Positions 21,157 through 34,267 of a stretch of DNA of 64,000 nucleotides are shown one piece after another. Source of the DNA: Kofleriaceae bacterium (GTDB taxonomy: Bacteria; Myxococcota_A; Polyangia; Haliangiales; Haliangiaceae); assembly GCA_046597055.1 (NCBI GenBank), contig JBKJLC010000180.1:1-64000 (forward strand), in the 5' to 3' direction. The notes under the pieces were generated by a model. It saw nothing but the letters and a program-made list of their open reading frames with translations. It made no database searches and was not told the origin of the DNA. Position 1 is the stretch's first letter. Each line of letters begins with the position of its first letter. The translations under genes and the position numbers were made by a program.

Positions 21157-21987
21157 TTAGCGCAGGTAGGCGTGGCAGCGCGGGTCGCCGTCGACGACGT
21201 CGTCACCGGTCGCGGCTCCGCGCGGGAAGCGGGTCCGGTCGCACAGCGCGGCGAGCAGATCGAGGATCTCCTGCGCCATCGCGCGGCCGTCGGGACCGAC
21301 CACCTGCCGCCCCATCTCCTCACCGGGCTGACCGTTGAGGATCTTGGACCAGTCCTCGTAGGCCTTCTGGCGGGCGTGGGTGCCGAGCGTGTACTCGCCG
21401 TCGTCGATCGGAATCTCGGTGCCGTCGGCGCCGTGGCACTCGCTGCAGCGGTCGGCGTACAGCGCGGCGCCGCGCGCCGGATCGCCGCCGGGCCGCAGGA
21501 CGTAGTTGCCCGGCGTGCCCTCGGACAGATCCCAGATCCAGTCGGGCCGGGCCAGGCGACCCTCGCGCACGTCCACGATGTAGGTCGCGATCGCGCGCAG
21601 CGCGCCGTCGTCGAGCGCCGGGCCCAGCGCCGGCTGCGCGCCGTCACCGTCGCGCAGGATCGCCGTGATCTGCTCGACCGACTCGGTGCTCACCAGCCAG
21701 TTGCGCTCGAGCACGAACTTCTTGGCCTGGTAGCGCGGACCGTAGATGCCGGCGGCGCCGCGCAGGTCCCAGCCGTAGAGGTTCTTGAGCCGGTAGTCGT
21801 GACCGGCATCGCTCGCCGCCAGCGCGTCGGGCCGGGCCGCCACGTCGGCGCGCCACTGATCGAACGCGCGGCCACCGCGCTCGTTCACCGGGACCTCGGC
21901 CGGCGCCGGCGTGGTGGTGCTCGAGGAGGACGAGCCGCCACACGCAGCGACGAGCGCGACGAGAAGGGTACTGCGAACAAGATGCAT
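21157..21987 (-). CDS. c-type cytochrome lipoprotein
   Basis: Lipobox VAAC, GDPARGAALY..CSECHGADG and a candidate axial Met (NGQPGEEM). Confidence 0.85.
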   Translation of the reverse strand: MHLVRSTLLVALVAACGGSSSSSTTTPAPAEVPVNERGGRAFDQWRADVAARPDALAASDAGHDYRLKNLYGWDLRGAAGIYGPRYQAKKFVLERNWLVSTESVEQITAILRDGDGAQPALGPALDDGALRAIATYIVDVREGRLARPDWIWDLSEGTPGNYVLRPGGDPARGAALYADRCSECHGADGTEIPIDDGEYTLGTHARQKAYEDWSKILNGQPGEEMGRQVVGPDGRAMAQEILDLLAALCDRTRFPRGAATGDDVVDGDPRCHAYLR

Positions 21988-22085
21988 GGACGTCCTATAG
22001 CCGAACGTGCCGGTCAGTTCGAGCACCGGCGACGCGATCCGCGCCTGCCATGCTGGCTGACCGGGACGGGACGGTGCACCACGCG

Positions 22086-23576
22086 TCACGGCATCGGCAG
22101 GATGACGGCGTACGCGTCGTCGTTCACCGTGTCGGTCTGCATCGCGGCCGGACCGCCGCCCTTGTAGCCGACCAGCAGCGCCTGGTTGCCCGAGACCGCG
22201 GCGCCCCAGAACTGGTCGTTGCCGTTGGCGCCGAGCGGGAACGTGTGCAGCCCGTCACCGAAGGCGGTGTCGAGCCGGCCGGTGGCGTCGAGCACCGCCA
22301 GCACGGCGTCCTGCACCGGCATGTCGTTCGGGCCGGTCGACCCGAACAGGAGGGTCTTGCCGCCGGGCAGCGCCAGCGCGCCACGGCAGTTGTCGCCGAC
22401 CATCGCGCCCGAGGCATCGATCAGCACGGCGCCACGCGCGGCGCCGCCCCAGGTCAGGTCACGCGCGCCGGTGGTGGCGTCGAAGCGCATGGACACGTAG
22501 TCGTTCAGGGTGCTGGCGCCGCTGTCGCGACCGTAGCCGCCGGTGACGAGCTGGTTGCCGTGGACCGCGACGCCGTAGATCTCGGTCTGCACTTGCAACA
22601 CGGCGCTGTGGAAGAAGCCACCCGCGAACGCGGTGTCGGGGACGCCCGCCGGGGTCAGCTTGAACAGCACCGGCTGGACCGTGGAGCCCACGCCCTCCGA
22701 GTTGGCGTAGCCGCTGCCGATCACCGAGCCGTCGGCGAGGACCTGGATGCCGCGCGGCGTGGCGTTCGACCGCTGGATGTCGAGCAGGTACTTGCCGCCG
22801 GTGCCATAGCTGCTGTCGACGCCGCCGTCGGCGGTCAGGCGGACCACCGCGAAGTCGGTGTCGGTTCGCGGCGCACCGGGGGCCTCCGGGTCCACGCCGC
22901 GCTGGACCGCATAGACGTGGATGAGCCCGGCCGCGCCGATCGCGACGCCGCGGGCGGCATCGGTGCTGACGGGGGCGGTCGTGCTGGTGGCGGTGCTGAG
23001 GTCGAGCAGGCGGACGCCGCCGACGCCGAAGCCGAGGTCAGGGGTCCCGTCGGTGTTCAGGCGGGCCACGGCGACGTCGCGATCGGCCGCGGTGACCGGG
23101 TTGGCGACGGTGGCCGACACGACAATCTTGCCACTCGGCTGGACGCCGATGCCGACCTCGCCGGCGCCGCCCTTGAAGTCGAGGGTGGTCGCCGCGATGC
23201 CGTCGCCGCTGAACGTCGGGTCGAGCGCGCCGGCCGCGGTCAGCTTGACCACCGTGACCAGGCGCGGGCCAGCGATCGTCGCACCGACGAAGCCGGCGGC
23301 GTAGAACCCACCACCAGGCGCGGCGACCGCCGACTGGAGCTGGTCGGGACCGGCCGCCGACAGCGGCACCGCGACCGGCGTGGGCGGCACGAACGGGGAC
23401 GGCGGCGCGTCGGTCGGGGCGTCGGTCGGGGGCACCGCGGCGTCGACGGTGGTGACCACGCCAGCGTCGGTCTGAACGTCTGGCGACTTCTCGTCGTCAC
23501 CACAGCCCGAGAGCGAGAGGGTCGACAGCGCGGCGCCGAGGAGGAAGGGGAGCGGAAGGGTTTGCAGCGTACGCAT
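22086..23576 (-). CDS. Delta-60 repeat (DUF5122-like) beta-propeller lipoprotein
   Basis: AAGGAG RBS, lipobox LSGC, and repeated KLTAAGALDPTFSGDG / RLNTDGTPDLGFGVGG / RLTADGGVDSSYGTGG / QPSGKIVV units. Confidence 0.87.
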   Translation of the reverse strand: MRTLQTLPLPFLLGAALSTLSLSGCGDDEKSPDVQTDAGVVTTVDAAVPPTDAPTDAPPSPFVPPTPVAVPLSAAGPDQLQSAVAAPGGGFYAAGFVGATIAGPRLVTVVKLTAAGALDPTFSGDGIAATTLDFKGGAGEVGIGVQPSGKIVVSATVANPVTAADRDVAVARLNTDGTPDLGFGVGGVRLLDLSTATSTTAPVSTDAARGVAIGAAGLIHVYAVQRGVDPEAPGAPRTDTDFAVVRLTADGGVDSSYGTGGKYLLDIQRSNATPRGIQVLADGSVIGSGYANSEGVGSTVQPVLFKLTPAGVPDTAFAGGFFHSAVLQVQTEIYGVAVHGNQLVTGGYGRDSGASTLNDYVSMRFDATTGARDLTWGGAARGAVLIDASGAMVGDNCRGALALPGGKTLLFGSTGPNDMPVQDAVLAVLDATGRLDTAFGDGLHTFPLGANGNDQFWGAAVSGNQALLVGYKGGGPAAMQTDTVNDDAYAVILPMP

Positions 23577-23602
23577 CAGCGGCTCCTTGAGACAATTGAA
23601 TG

Positions 23603-23617
23603 TGAAAACCGTAATCA
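23603..23617. promoter_or_regulatory. Fur-box-like site 4
   Basis: TGAAAAC-C-GTAATCA in an AT-rich patch upstream of the Delta-60 gene. Confidence 0.7.
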
Positions 23618-23659
23618 ATGAGAACGCGCGCCGCAGGCGCAGCGCGTGGGGGACCGAGC

Positions 23660-25962
<2,303 letters not shown>

Positions 25963-25966
<4 letters not shown>

Positions 25967-27354
25967 GGGCGGGCGTGGAGGTGGATGGGAGGGGTGGTGG
26001 GCGCGGGCGTGACCCACCCGCGGGGACCGAGGTCGACGATGCCGGCGAGATCGACCGCGGGATCGATCAACGCCACCGGCGGCCGGCCGTTGAGCGAGAC
26101 CCGGGTGTCGGCGTGGACCGCGACCTCGCCGTGGCCGGCGGCGCGCAGATCCGCCGCGATCCGGCGCGCCAGCTGCGCGATCAGGTCGGGCTGCCCGGCC
26201 ATCTCGCGCTCCTGGCGTGCGGTGAGGTACCGGCGGGGCGGGACCTCGAGCCGGCGACCGTCCGAAAACCGGACGACGAAGGTGACGCTGCCGTGCTTCT
26301 CGCGGACCATCACCTGCCAGGCGAACCGGGCGCCGTCCTCGTTCCACAGCAGGCTGCCGGGGTAGACGTGGTGGCGCAGGGGGAGGAGCAGCTGGAGCAC
26401 GACGTGGAGGGCGAGGACCCCGCCGACCGCGCGCGACACCACCGCGGGCGCGGTCGCCGGCGGTGGCACCGAGGCCGGCCGCGGGCGGCCGATCGTCGCG
26501 AGCAGGCGGCGCGGCCAGCCCGGCCCGAAGAAGATCAGGGCCGCGCTGGTCATGATCAGCGGGAACATCCCGATGTTGAAGAAGTAGCCGGTCGCGGCGT
26601 GGAAGCCGATCAGCACGCCAAAGGCGGCGCGCCGGGTCCGGCCCCACGACAGCCACACCACGATGGTGGTGTCGAACAGGAACCCGGCCCAGCTCATCGC
26701 GTGCGCGACCCAGCGCTCGTCGAGCCACGGCCCGATCAGCGGGGTGTCGGTGCGCGCCGACAGCCACACGTTGATCGGCTGCGCGTGGATCAGCCAGTCG
26801 GGCTGGGCCTTGGCCAGCCCCGCGAACACGTACACCGCCCCGACCTGGACCCGGAGCAGCCACACCGTCCAGGCCGGCACCACCTCGAGCGCGATCGCGG
26901 GCCGACGCCAGGCATCGACCGACCAGGCCCGGTGCGCGGGCAAGACCGCGAGCAGCCCGCCGAGCAGCACGACCAGATAGTGATGGTTGAGGTAGTTGGT
27001 GACGTCGATCAGCTGCGTGTACGCGAACCCGAGCGTGAACAGCGGCGTCACCACCCGGTGCCAGGCGCCGGCCGCGATCGCGAGCGCCAGCCCGGCCAGC
27101 ACGCCGTAGTGGATGTACATGCCGGTGACCGACCACGGCTCGACCCAGGCGAACCCTGGAAACGCGAAGAAGAACCGGGGCGCGCCGTACATCGGCTCGA
27201 TCCAGCCGGTCGCCAGGAACCGCACGATCCCGCCGAACATCACCAGCCCGAAGATGATCCGGAACGCCGCCAGCGAGGCGACATCGACCGGTCGCGCCGC
27301 GCGCGCGACCACGCGCCGCGACAGCGTCCAGGCGCGGGGGACCGGGATGAACAT
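25963..27354 (-). CDS. HTTM-domain / vitamin K-dependent gamma-carboxylase-like membrane protein (copy 2)
   Basis: YLNHHYL, VYVFAGLAKAQPDW, FNIGMFP, LWNEDGARFAWQVMVREK, QPDLIAQLA and VSLNGRP. Confidence 0.9.
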
Positions 27355-28535
27355 CAGTCGACGTCTCCGGCCACGTCGTCGGGGATGTCGAGCCCGAGCA
27401 CGGTCAGGAACTGGCTCTTGAGGTCGTCGGTGAACGCCTTGGTCGCGGCGTGGACCGCGACGATCCGCGCGCGATCAGCGGTGAGCGCGGCGATGAAGCC
27501 GTCGGGCAAGGCGTCGGCCGCGACGATCGCGGCGTCGAGCGAGCCGGTCATCCGGTCCGCCAGCTCGGTCGCGCCGACCGCGCGCAGGTAGTCGTCGAAG
27601 CCGGGGCCGTCGACCGCGGCGGTGCCGGTGAACGCGGCGCGCAGCGCCCGCAGGTTGATCCGGATCGCGAACGACGACCGGTCGGCGAAGCGGTGCTCGA
27701 CCTCGCGCAGGCACGGCGCGTCGACCGTGCCGCACGCGTTCATCGTGAGGCCCGAGGCCTCACCGAGCTTCATGTCCTTCACGATCTCGTCGACGTAGAA
27801 GAGGCCGTCGGACACCATGTTGAGCGCCTCGCGCTCGCTGACGATCGACGAGCCAGCGGTGCCAGCCAGGGCCAGCTGGTCGCGGTAGCCACCGCCGCCC
27901 GGGCGCCACGCGGTCGCGAGCGCCGCGGCCTGGGTCGCGACGTCACGGGCGATCGACGCGGCGAGCGCGCACCGGGCCTTCGGCAGGTCGGCGCCGAGCG
28001 CGTCCCAGCCGTTCGGCGCCAGCGGGCAGCTGTGGCTGGTCGCGGTGAAGAAGAGCAGGTACTCGACCGCAGCCAGCGAGCGCGCATTGTCGAACCGGGT
28101 CGTCACGTCGTACGAGGCCGGCGTGTTCCACCGGACCAGCACGTCGTTGTCGATCGAGCACGGGCCCACGTTGGGCCAGGCGTAGATGCGGTTGCGCAGG
28201 GTGGCGTCGGCCGCGACCGCCGGCCCCACCAGCACCGCATCGGCGGACTCCCAGCCGTCGATCGCGGTCGCCCACGCGGCCTGGGCCGCCACCTCGGTCG
28301 CGACCGGATCACCCGCGCCGCCCAGCGCGGCGCAGCGGGCGTCGATCGCGGTGACCAGCCCCACGGTGTCGGTCGCGAACCGGTCGTAGGTCGGGATCAG
28401 CAGGTGGTCCGCGAGGTGCGCGAGCACCGCCCGGCGATCGAACCCGACCTCGGCCGCGTCGGTCACGAACCTGCCGTCACCGCTGCACCCGGCGAGGGCC
28501 AGGGTGGCGGCGAGGGCGGTCAGCGTGCGAGCCAT
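27354..28535 (-). CDS. Imelysin-family lipoprotein (third copy)
   Basis: Lipobox LAGC, RIYAWP, RSLAAVEYLLF, VKDMKLG and acidic C-terminus AGDVD. Confidence 0.85.
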   Translation of the reverse strand: MARTLTALAATLALAGCSGDGRFVTDAAEVGFDRRAVLAHLADHLLIPTYDRFATDTVGLVTAIDARCAALGGAGDPVATEVAAQAAWATAIDGWESADAVLVGPAVAADATLRNRIYAWPNVGPCSIDNDVLVRWNTPASYDVTTRFDNARSLAAVEYLLFFTATSHSCPLAPNGWDALGADLPKARCALAASIARDVATQAAALATAWRPGGGGYRDQLALAGTAGSSIVSEREALNMVSDGLFYVDEIVKDMKLGEASGLTMNACGTVDAPCLREVEHRFADRSSFAIRINLRALRAAFTGTAAVDGPGFDDYLRAVGATELADRMTGSLDAAIVAADALPDGFIAALTADRARIVAVHAATKAFTDDLKSQFLTVLGLDIPDDVAGDVD

Positions 28536-28557
28536 ACCCTCACGTAACACGACCTAT

Positions 28558-28586
28558 GTGAGTTTGAAAAGCATTATCAAACTCAC
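28558..28586. promoter_or_regulatory. Fur-box-like site 5 inside a perfect 10-bp inverted repeat
   Basis: GTGAGTTTGA-aaagcatta-TCAAACTCAC, with core TGAAAAG-C-ATTATCA at 28565-28579. Confidence 0.8.
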
Positions 28587-28634
28587 CTTCCACCGCCTAC
28601 ATCTATGTCGGGACACCCGTGCTAAATAGCAGCC

Positions 28635-28913
28635 GTGAGCAAGCCGCCCCTGGCGCAGCGTCGCAAGGACCGCGCCCGGCCGTTCTCCCGCAAGCACGCA
28701 CGCTACTGGCTGACCGCGGTCGGCGGAATGGTCCTCATCATGGCCGTCAACGTCGGCCTCGGCGTCTGGTTCATGGACGACCCGCCCGACGCCCTGCCGC
28801 CCATCGAGTACGCCCCGATCCCTCCCATGGTGGTCCCGCTCGACGCCGGGGTGCCGCTCGACAGCGCACCCGGTGGGGGCATGGTCCCGCCGGCCGACGT
28901 CGCGCCGCGCTGA
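28635..28913 (+). CDS. Small single-TM hypothetical protein
   Basis: Basic N-terminus, one TM segment, and a Pro/Asp-rich tail with the DAG motif. Confidence 0.7.
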   Translation: MSKPPLAQRRKDRARPFSRKHARYWLTAVGGMVLIMAVNVGLGVWFMDDPPDALPPIEYAPIPPMVVPLDAGVPLDSAPGGGMVPPADVAPR

Positions 28914-28924
28914 CCGCCGGGCGA

Positions 28925-29178
28925 GTCGAAGGGCCTTCCGAGGGAGCCCGCCCATGTTCCGGTGGCCCTGAGCCAGGGCTCGCGCAGCGAGCCCGCGGTC
29001 GAAGGGCAGACCGTCGAAGATGACGTGCTGGACCTCGCTGCTCGGCCCTTCGACACGGCGCTTCGCGCCGGCTCAGGCCCACCGGAACGGGAGCGCTTTT
29101 TTCGATCACATCGAGGGAGGGTTCAATCCCGAGGCGCGCCCTTCGACCTCGGGTTCGCAACGAGCCCTTCGCTCAAGG
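28925..29178. repeat. Cluster of REP-like palindromic elements (CCTGAG...GTCGAAGGG / CCCTTCGAC...CTCAGG)
   Basis: Copies at 28966-29006 (+), 29046-29077 (-) and 29139-29178 (-), with a partial copy at 28925-28933. Each full copy has an internal hairpin. They lie between convergent genes. Confidence 0.75.
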
Positions 29179-29210
29179 ACACCGGGAAAGTCAGCCACGG
29201 CCGCGCCTGG

Positions 29211-31754
29211 CTACTCCCACACGATCTCGTACGGCAGCCGGGCCTGGACCGACTCGGGCGCCACCAGCAGCGACGGCGGGATCGCGCCGAGCACCGCGCG
29301 CACCGCGGGCAGATCGCCCAGCCCGATCGCGGGCGTCGGTGCCTGCGCCCGCGCGCCGAGCAGGGACACCAGCGTACCGAGCAGGCCCGCGCTCACCCGC
29401 GGCAGCGCGATCACGCGGACGCGGTCGTCCGGGCTCAGCCCGATGCGCTCCTTCGCGAGCGTGATCGCATCGGCGATGCCCCCGAGCCGGTCGACCAGCC
29501 CGATGCCAGCCGCCTGCTGCCCGGACCAGACCCGGCCGCGGCCCAGCTCGTCGACGCGGGTCTGGGTCAGCTTGCGGCCTTCGGCGACCGCGCCGGTGAA
29601 GCGCCGGTAGAAGTAGGTCAGCCGGTCACGCAGCAGCGTGCGCTCCTCGGGGGTGTACGGCCGGTACATGCTCTCCATGTCGGCGCGGGCCCCGCGCCGG
29701 AACGTATCGGTGGTGACGCCGAGCCGGGCCATCAGGCCCGACAGGTCGAACTTGCCGTAGAAGATGCCGATCGACCCGGTGATCGTCATCGGCTCGGCAA
29801 AGATCACGTCGCAGCCGGCGGCCAGGAAGTAGCCGCCCGACGCGGCGACGTCGCCCATCGAGCAGATGATCGGCTTGACTCCGCGGGTCTTGAACACCTC
29901 GCGCGACATGACCTCCGACGCCAGCGCGCTGCCCCCGGGCGAGTCGATGCGGATCACGATCGCGCGCACCTCGGGGCTGTTGCGGGCGGCGCTGATCGCC
30001 TTGGCGATGGTCTCGCCGCCGACCAGCTTGCGACCCAGGAACGGGATCGACGACGACTGGCCGTCGACGATGTCACCGTCGGCATAGATGACCGCGATCG
30101 CCGGGCGCAGCCAGCGATCGTCCTGCTCGCGCGGCGCCTCGCCGACCGGCGCCAGGCCGCCCAGCTCGATCGACACCAGCTCGGCCACGCGCTCGGGGTT
30201 GGCGACCGCGTCGATCAGCCGCGGCTCCTTCTCGAGCTGGCCGGCGGTGTACGGACCCCCGTCGATGAGCGCGAGCACGGTCGCCTGGTCGAGCTTGCGG
30301 CCGGCGGCGATGCCGTCGACGAAGCTCTGCCACAGGCTGTCGTACAGCTCGTTGCGCATGCGCAGCGCGGCCTCCGACGGCGCGATCTCGGTGAACTGCT
30401 CGGGCGCGCTCTTGTACTCGGCGATCTTCTCGAACTGGGCATCGACCCCGAGCTTGTCGAACGCGCCGCGGAAGTAGAGCGTGGTGCCGGCGAACCCGAC
30501 CAGCCGGACCCCGCCGGCGGGGTCGAGGTAGATCTTGTCGGCGGCGGTGGCCAGCCAGTAGTCGCGGCCCGACGCCGAAACCAGGTACGCGAACACCTTG
30601 GTGCCGCCGCGCGAGACCGCGCGCACCTCGTCGCGGATCTCCTGCAGCGATGCCCAGCCGGCGCCGGCGCCGTCGATCGCGAGGACCACGCCCTTCACCG
30701 CGGGATCGCGGCGGATCGCGCGCAGGCGCAAGACGATCGCGGTGACCTCGCGCGGCCCGATGCTCCCCGACAGCTCGATGCGTTCGATCCGCTGGGCCCG
30801 GCCCTGCACCGCGGGCGGTGGGCTCGCCGACCAGCGCGCGATCAGGGTGCCGCCGGTCGGGTGGCCGGTGCCGTCCTCGTCGATGCGGCCGCGGCCATAG
30901 ACGCCGGCGCCGAGCGAGCCGAACGACAGCTCGAGCCCGGCCGCGAAGCGCACGTCGCGGTCGGTGCGATCGGTCTCGTCGACCGGCGTGGTCTCGATGA
31001 TGTGGAGCGCGCGGGTCTCGGCCGAGGCCTGCAGGTACACGCCGCGGGCGGCGCGCACCGACACCCGCAGCCAGCCGTCGACGTCGCCGCGGGTCTCGCC
31101 GACCCGGCCGCCGAGGCCGAGATCGACCCGGTCGGTGCCGAGCGGGCGTGCGGTCAGCTCGAGCTCGTAGCGACGCTGGACCGGCACCGTGCCGAGGGTC
31201 GGCGCGTTGACGTCGCGCACGACCGCGCCGGCCGCGAGGTGATTGCCCATGCGCAGCGACAGGCCGAGATCGACGGTGGTGCGGCCCTGGGCCGGGCCCT
31301 CGCCGTAGAAATGACGGAGCGCAATGCCGAGCCCGCCGCGCCGGCCGAACGGGGTCGACATCGCCACCGACACCCGCCAGGGCGTGCCGGGATCGGGGGC
31401 GAGCGTCTGCCGCGGCGGCCGCAGGGCCTCGACCCCGAACCCGATGCCGAGCCGGGGCAACACGCCACCGCCGGCCGGCCCGGCCAGGAACAGCCCGACG
31501 CCGTTGCCGGGGCTGGCGGCGGTGTCGGCATCGGCGAGATCGAGCGCGAGCGTCAGGCTGCCGCCGGTCAGGTGCTGGAGCCCGCCCGGGTTGAGCGCGG
31601 TCGCGCGGGCGTCGTGGTCACCGGCCAGCGGGGTGGTCGGCAGGTCGACGCCGCCGGTCGGCTCCTCCGCGTACTGGCGGGTCGCGGTCTGGGCGTGGGC
31701 CAGCACGGGAACCGCCGCGAGGACGACCGCGGCGACGACGGAGCACAGCTGCAT
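29211..31754 (-). CDS. sppA: Signal peptide peptidase SppA (S49) with N-terminal beta-strand-rich extension
   Basis: [53 protein letters not shown] and GLVDRLGG. Confidence 0.93.
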   Translation of the reverse strand: MQLCSVVAAVVLAAVPVLAHAQTATRQYAEEPTGGVDLPTTPLAGDHDARATALNPGGLQHLTGGSLTLALDLADADTAASPGNGVGLFLAGPAGGGVLPRLGIGFGVEALRPPRQTLAPDPGTPWRVSVAMSTPFGRRGGLGIALRHFYGEGPAQGRTTVDLGLSLRMGNHLAAGAVVRDVNAPTLGTVPVQRRYELELTARPLGTDRVDLGLGGRVGETRGDVDGWLRVSVRAARGVYLQASAETRALHIIETTPVDETDRTDRDVRFAAGLELSFGSLGAGVYGRGRIDEDGTGHPTGGTLIARWSASPPPAVQGRAQRIERIELSGSIGPREVTAIVLRLRAIRRDPAVKGVVLAIDGAGAGWASLQEIRDEVRAVSRGGTKVFAYLVSASGRDYWLATAADKIYLDPAGGVRLVGFAGTTLYFRGAFDKLGVDAQFEKIAEYKSAPEQFTEIAPSEAALRMRNELYDSLWQSFVDGIAAGRKLDQATVLALIDGGPYTAGQLEKEPRLIDAVANPERVAELVSIELGGLAPVGEAPREQDDRWLRPAIAVIYADGDIVDGQSSSIPFLGRKLVGGETIAKAISAARNSPEVRAIVIRIDSPGGSALASEVMSREVFKTRGVKPIICSMGDVAASGGYFLAAGCDVIFAEPMTITGSIGIFYGKFDLSGLMARLGVTTDTFRRGARADMESMYRPYTPEERTLLRDRLTYFYRRFTGAVAEGRKLTQTRVDELGRGRVWSGQQAAGIGLVDRLGGIADAITLAKERIGLSPDDRVRVIALPRVSAGLLGTLVSLLGARAQAPTPAIGLGDLPAVRAVLGAIPPSLLVAPESVQARLPYEIVWE

Positions 31755-31800
31755 CGGCCGGAAGGTAGCACCCGCGCGGCCCGCCCCGTATGATCGGCCG

Positions 31801-32265
31801 GTGTCGACCGCCCAGCTGCTCGAGCGTCACCCGCTCCTGGCCCGGTTGAGCCCGGCGCAACTCGAACAGATCGTCGCGGCCGGCGAGCTCGAGACGTTCG
31901 CCCCCGGCGAGGAAGTGGTGGCGGAGGGCAGCCTCGGCGACGCACTCTACCTGGTGCTCACCGGCCGGGTCGCGGTGGTCAAGGGCGGCCACCCGCTCGC
32001 GCGCCTCGGCTCTGGCGAGTTCTTCGGCGAGATGGCGCTGGTCGAGCCCGCGCCGCGCTCGGCGACCGTGGTCGCCGAGGAGCCGTCGTTCCTCTACCGC
32101 CTGCCCTACCTGTCGCTGCAGCGGCTCTTCCAGGCCGAGCCGGTCGCCGGCAACGCGGTGCTGATCGAGGTCATCAAGACCCTGAGCGAGCGCCTGCGCC
32201 GCGCCAACCGGATGGTCAGCTCGGTCGGCGAGCTCGCCGACTGGCTGGCCGGCTCGCTGGTGTAA
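31801..32265 (+). CDS. Stand-alone cyclic-nucleotide-binding domain protein
   Basis: EGSLGDALYLVLTG..GEFFGEMALVEPAPRSATV; the GTG start at 31801 is inferred. Confidence 0.9.
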   Translation: MSTAQLLERHPLLARLSPAQLEQIVAAGELETFAPGEEVVAEGSLGDALYLVLTGRVAVVKGGHPLARLGSGEFFGEMALVEPAPRSATVVAEEPSFLYRLPYLSLQRLFQAEPVAGNAVLIEVIKTLSERLRRANRMVSSVGELADWLAGSLV

Positions 32266-32330
32266 CCCGGCCCGCAGCGGGGGCGGTCCGGCGGTCGACG
32301 CGCGCGCCGACCGTGAGTAAGCTGCGCCCG

Positions 32331-32945
32331 ATGTCCTCGCTCTCGCGACCGCCGTCCACCTTGTCCTGCGCCGAGCTGTTCACGACCTGGCTCCCGGCCG
32401 CCTTTGCCCAGGCCCGCGCGGCCGGCGCGACCCCACCCGACGTGATGATCGCGATCGAGCTCGCCGGCGACGGCGGTGGCGCGTGGACCCTGGTCGTCAC
32501 CGGCGGAGCGCTCGAGGTCAACCCCGGCGCCGATCCGGCCGCGGTGATCACGCTGCGGCAGTCGGCCGCCGACCTGCGCGCCGCGATCTGGGGCGAGGGT
32601 GACGTGCCGCCGCTCTTGCCGGCCGAGGTCGACCTCGGCCAGGCGCTGGCTGGCCAGAACAGCCTGCCGCTCGGCGCGCTCGCGCAGGCCCGCGGGACCC
32701 TCGTGGTCGAGGTGCCCGGCTTCGCCGGACGGACCTGGAGCGCGGTCATCGCGATCGGCGGCGCGACCACGCCGAGCGCCACCGTGCGCGCCGAGCTGGA
32801 GACGCTGGACGCGCTCCGCCGCGGCGAGCTCGGCCCGTCGCAGGCGTTCTTCACCGGCAAGATCGCGATCAGCGGCGACGTCGCCTGGCTGATGCAAGTC
32901 GGCATGAGCCTGGCGGCCGGGGGAATGGGCGGCCTGCCCAATTGA
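32331..32945 (+). CDS. SCP2 sterol/lipid-binding domain protein (tandem SCP2-like)
   Basis: ELAGDGGGAWTLVVTGG and GELGPSQAFFTGKIAISGDV. Confidence 0.8.
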   Translation: MSSLSRPPSTLSCAELFTTWLPAAFAQARAAGATPPDVMIAIELAGDGGGAWTLVVTGGALEVNPGADPAAVITLRQSAADLRAAIWGEGDVPPLLPAEVDLGQALAGQNSLPLGALAQARGTLVVEVPGFAGRTWSAVIAIGGATTPSATVRAELETLDALRRGELGPSQAFFTGKIAISGDVAWLMQVGMSLAAGGMGGLPN

Positions 32946-34267
32946 ACGGACGGCGGACCACGCGACTCCTGCGCGCCGCGGTCGCGGTCGCCGCGATCGC
33001 GATGCTGGGCGGCTCGGGCGGAGGGCTCCAGGCCGAGCTGCTGCTCGCGATCGCCGTGATCCTCGGCGCCGCCAAGCTGTCCGGCGACCTGTTCGACCGG
33101 GTCGGCATGCCGCCGGTCCTGGGCGAGCTCACCGCCGGCATCGTCATCGGCAACCTCGATCTGCTCGGCTGGCATGTCTTCGACGCGTCGCTCGCCCACC
33201 CCAACCTCATGTTTCTCGCCGAGCTCGGCGTGATCGTCCTGCTGTTCCAGGTCGGCCTCGAGTCGAACCTCGGCCAGATGGCGAAGGTCGGCGTGTCGGC
33301 GTTCGTGGTCGCGACCGTGGGCGTGGTGCTGCCGATGGCGATGGGCTACGGCCTGCACGCCGCGCTCGCCCCCGACAAGACCTGGCATACCCACCTGTTC
33401 ATCGGCGCGATCCTGACCGCGACCTCGGTCGGCATCACCGCCCGCGTGTTCAAGGACCTCGGCCAGATCGCGTCGCCGACCGGGCGGGTCGTGCTCGGCG
33501 CCGCGGTGATCGACGACGTCCTCGGCCTGATCGTCCTCGCGGTGGTGTCCGGGGTCGTGGTCGGCGCCGGCGGCGGCACGCCGCTCGACGCGCTCGGCAT
33601 CGCCATCATCATCGGCAAGGCGGTCGGCTTCCTCGCGGTCGCGATCGCGCTCGGACCGTACCTGTCGCGGCGGCTGTACCGGGCGGCGTCGTACCTGCGC
33701 GTGCACGGCGTGCTGCTCGCGACCTCGCTCGCGATCTGCTTCGCGGTCGCCTATGCGGCCCACGCGGTCGGGCTGGCCCCGATCGTCGGCGCGTTCGCGG
33801 CCGGCCTCATCCTCGACGAGCTGGTCTTCCACGATCACCTCGCCAAGGGCGACCGGCCGCTGGAGGCGCAACTCGAGCCGATCGGCCAGATGCTGACGCC
33901 CCTGTTCTTCGTGGTGACCGGCGCCGGCGTCAATCTGGGCGCGTTCGGTGATCGCGAGGCGGTGATCCTCGCCGGCGCGCTCACCGCCGCCGCGATCATC
34001 GGCAAGCAGGCGTGCGCGCTGGTCGCGTTCGGCAACGGCGTCGACCGGCTCTCGGTCGGGATCGGCATGATCCCGCGCGGCGAGGTCGGGCTCATCTTCG
34101 CCGCGACCGGCGCGGCGCTCATGTTCGAGGGCCGCGCGGTGGTCGACCCGCGCACCTACGCGGCGGTGGTGCTGATGGTGATGATCACGACCATGGTGAC
34201 CCCGCCGGTGCTGGGCTGGTCGCTGCGCCGGGCCGCCGCGCGCGACGCCGCCCGCGGGGCCGCATGA
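32942..34267 (+). CDS. Cation:proton antiporter (CPA2/NapA-like)
   Basis: PPVLGEL, LAELGVIVLLFQVGLE, TATSVGITARV, AAVIDDVLGL and GMIPRGEVGL. Confidence 0.93.
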   Translation: MNGRRTTRLLRAAVAVAAIAMLGGSGGGLQAELLLAIAVILGAAKLSGDLFDRVGMPPVLGELTAGIVIGNLDLLGWHVFDASLAHPNLMFLAELGVIVLLFQVGLESNLGQMAKVGVSAFVVATVGVVLPMAMGYGLHAALAPDKTWHTHLFIGAILTATSVGITARVFKDLGQIASPTGRVVLGAAVIDDVLGLIVLAVVSGVVVGAGGGTPLDALGIAIIIGKAVGFLAVAIALGPYLSRRLYRAASYLRVHGVLLATSLAICFAVAYAAHAVGLAPIVGAFAAGLILDELVFHDHLAKGDRPLEAQLEPIGQMLTPLFFVVTGAGVNLGAFGDREAVILAGALTAAAIIGKQACALVAFGNGVDRLSVGIGMIPRGEVGLIFAATGAALMFEGRAVVDPRTYAAVVLMVMITTMVTPPVLGWSLRRAAARDAARGAA

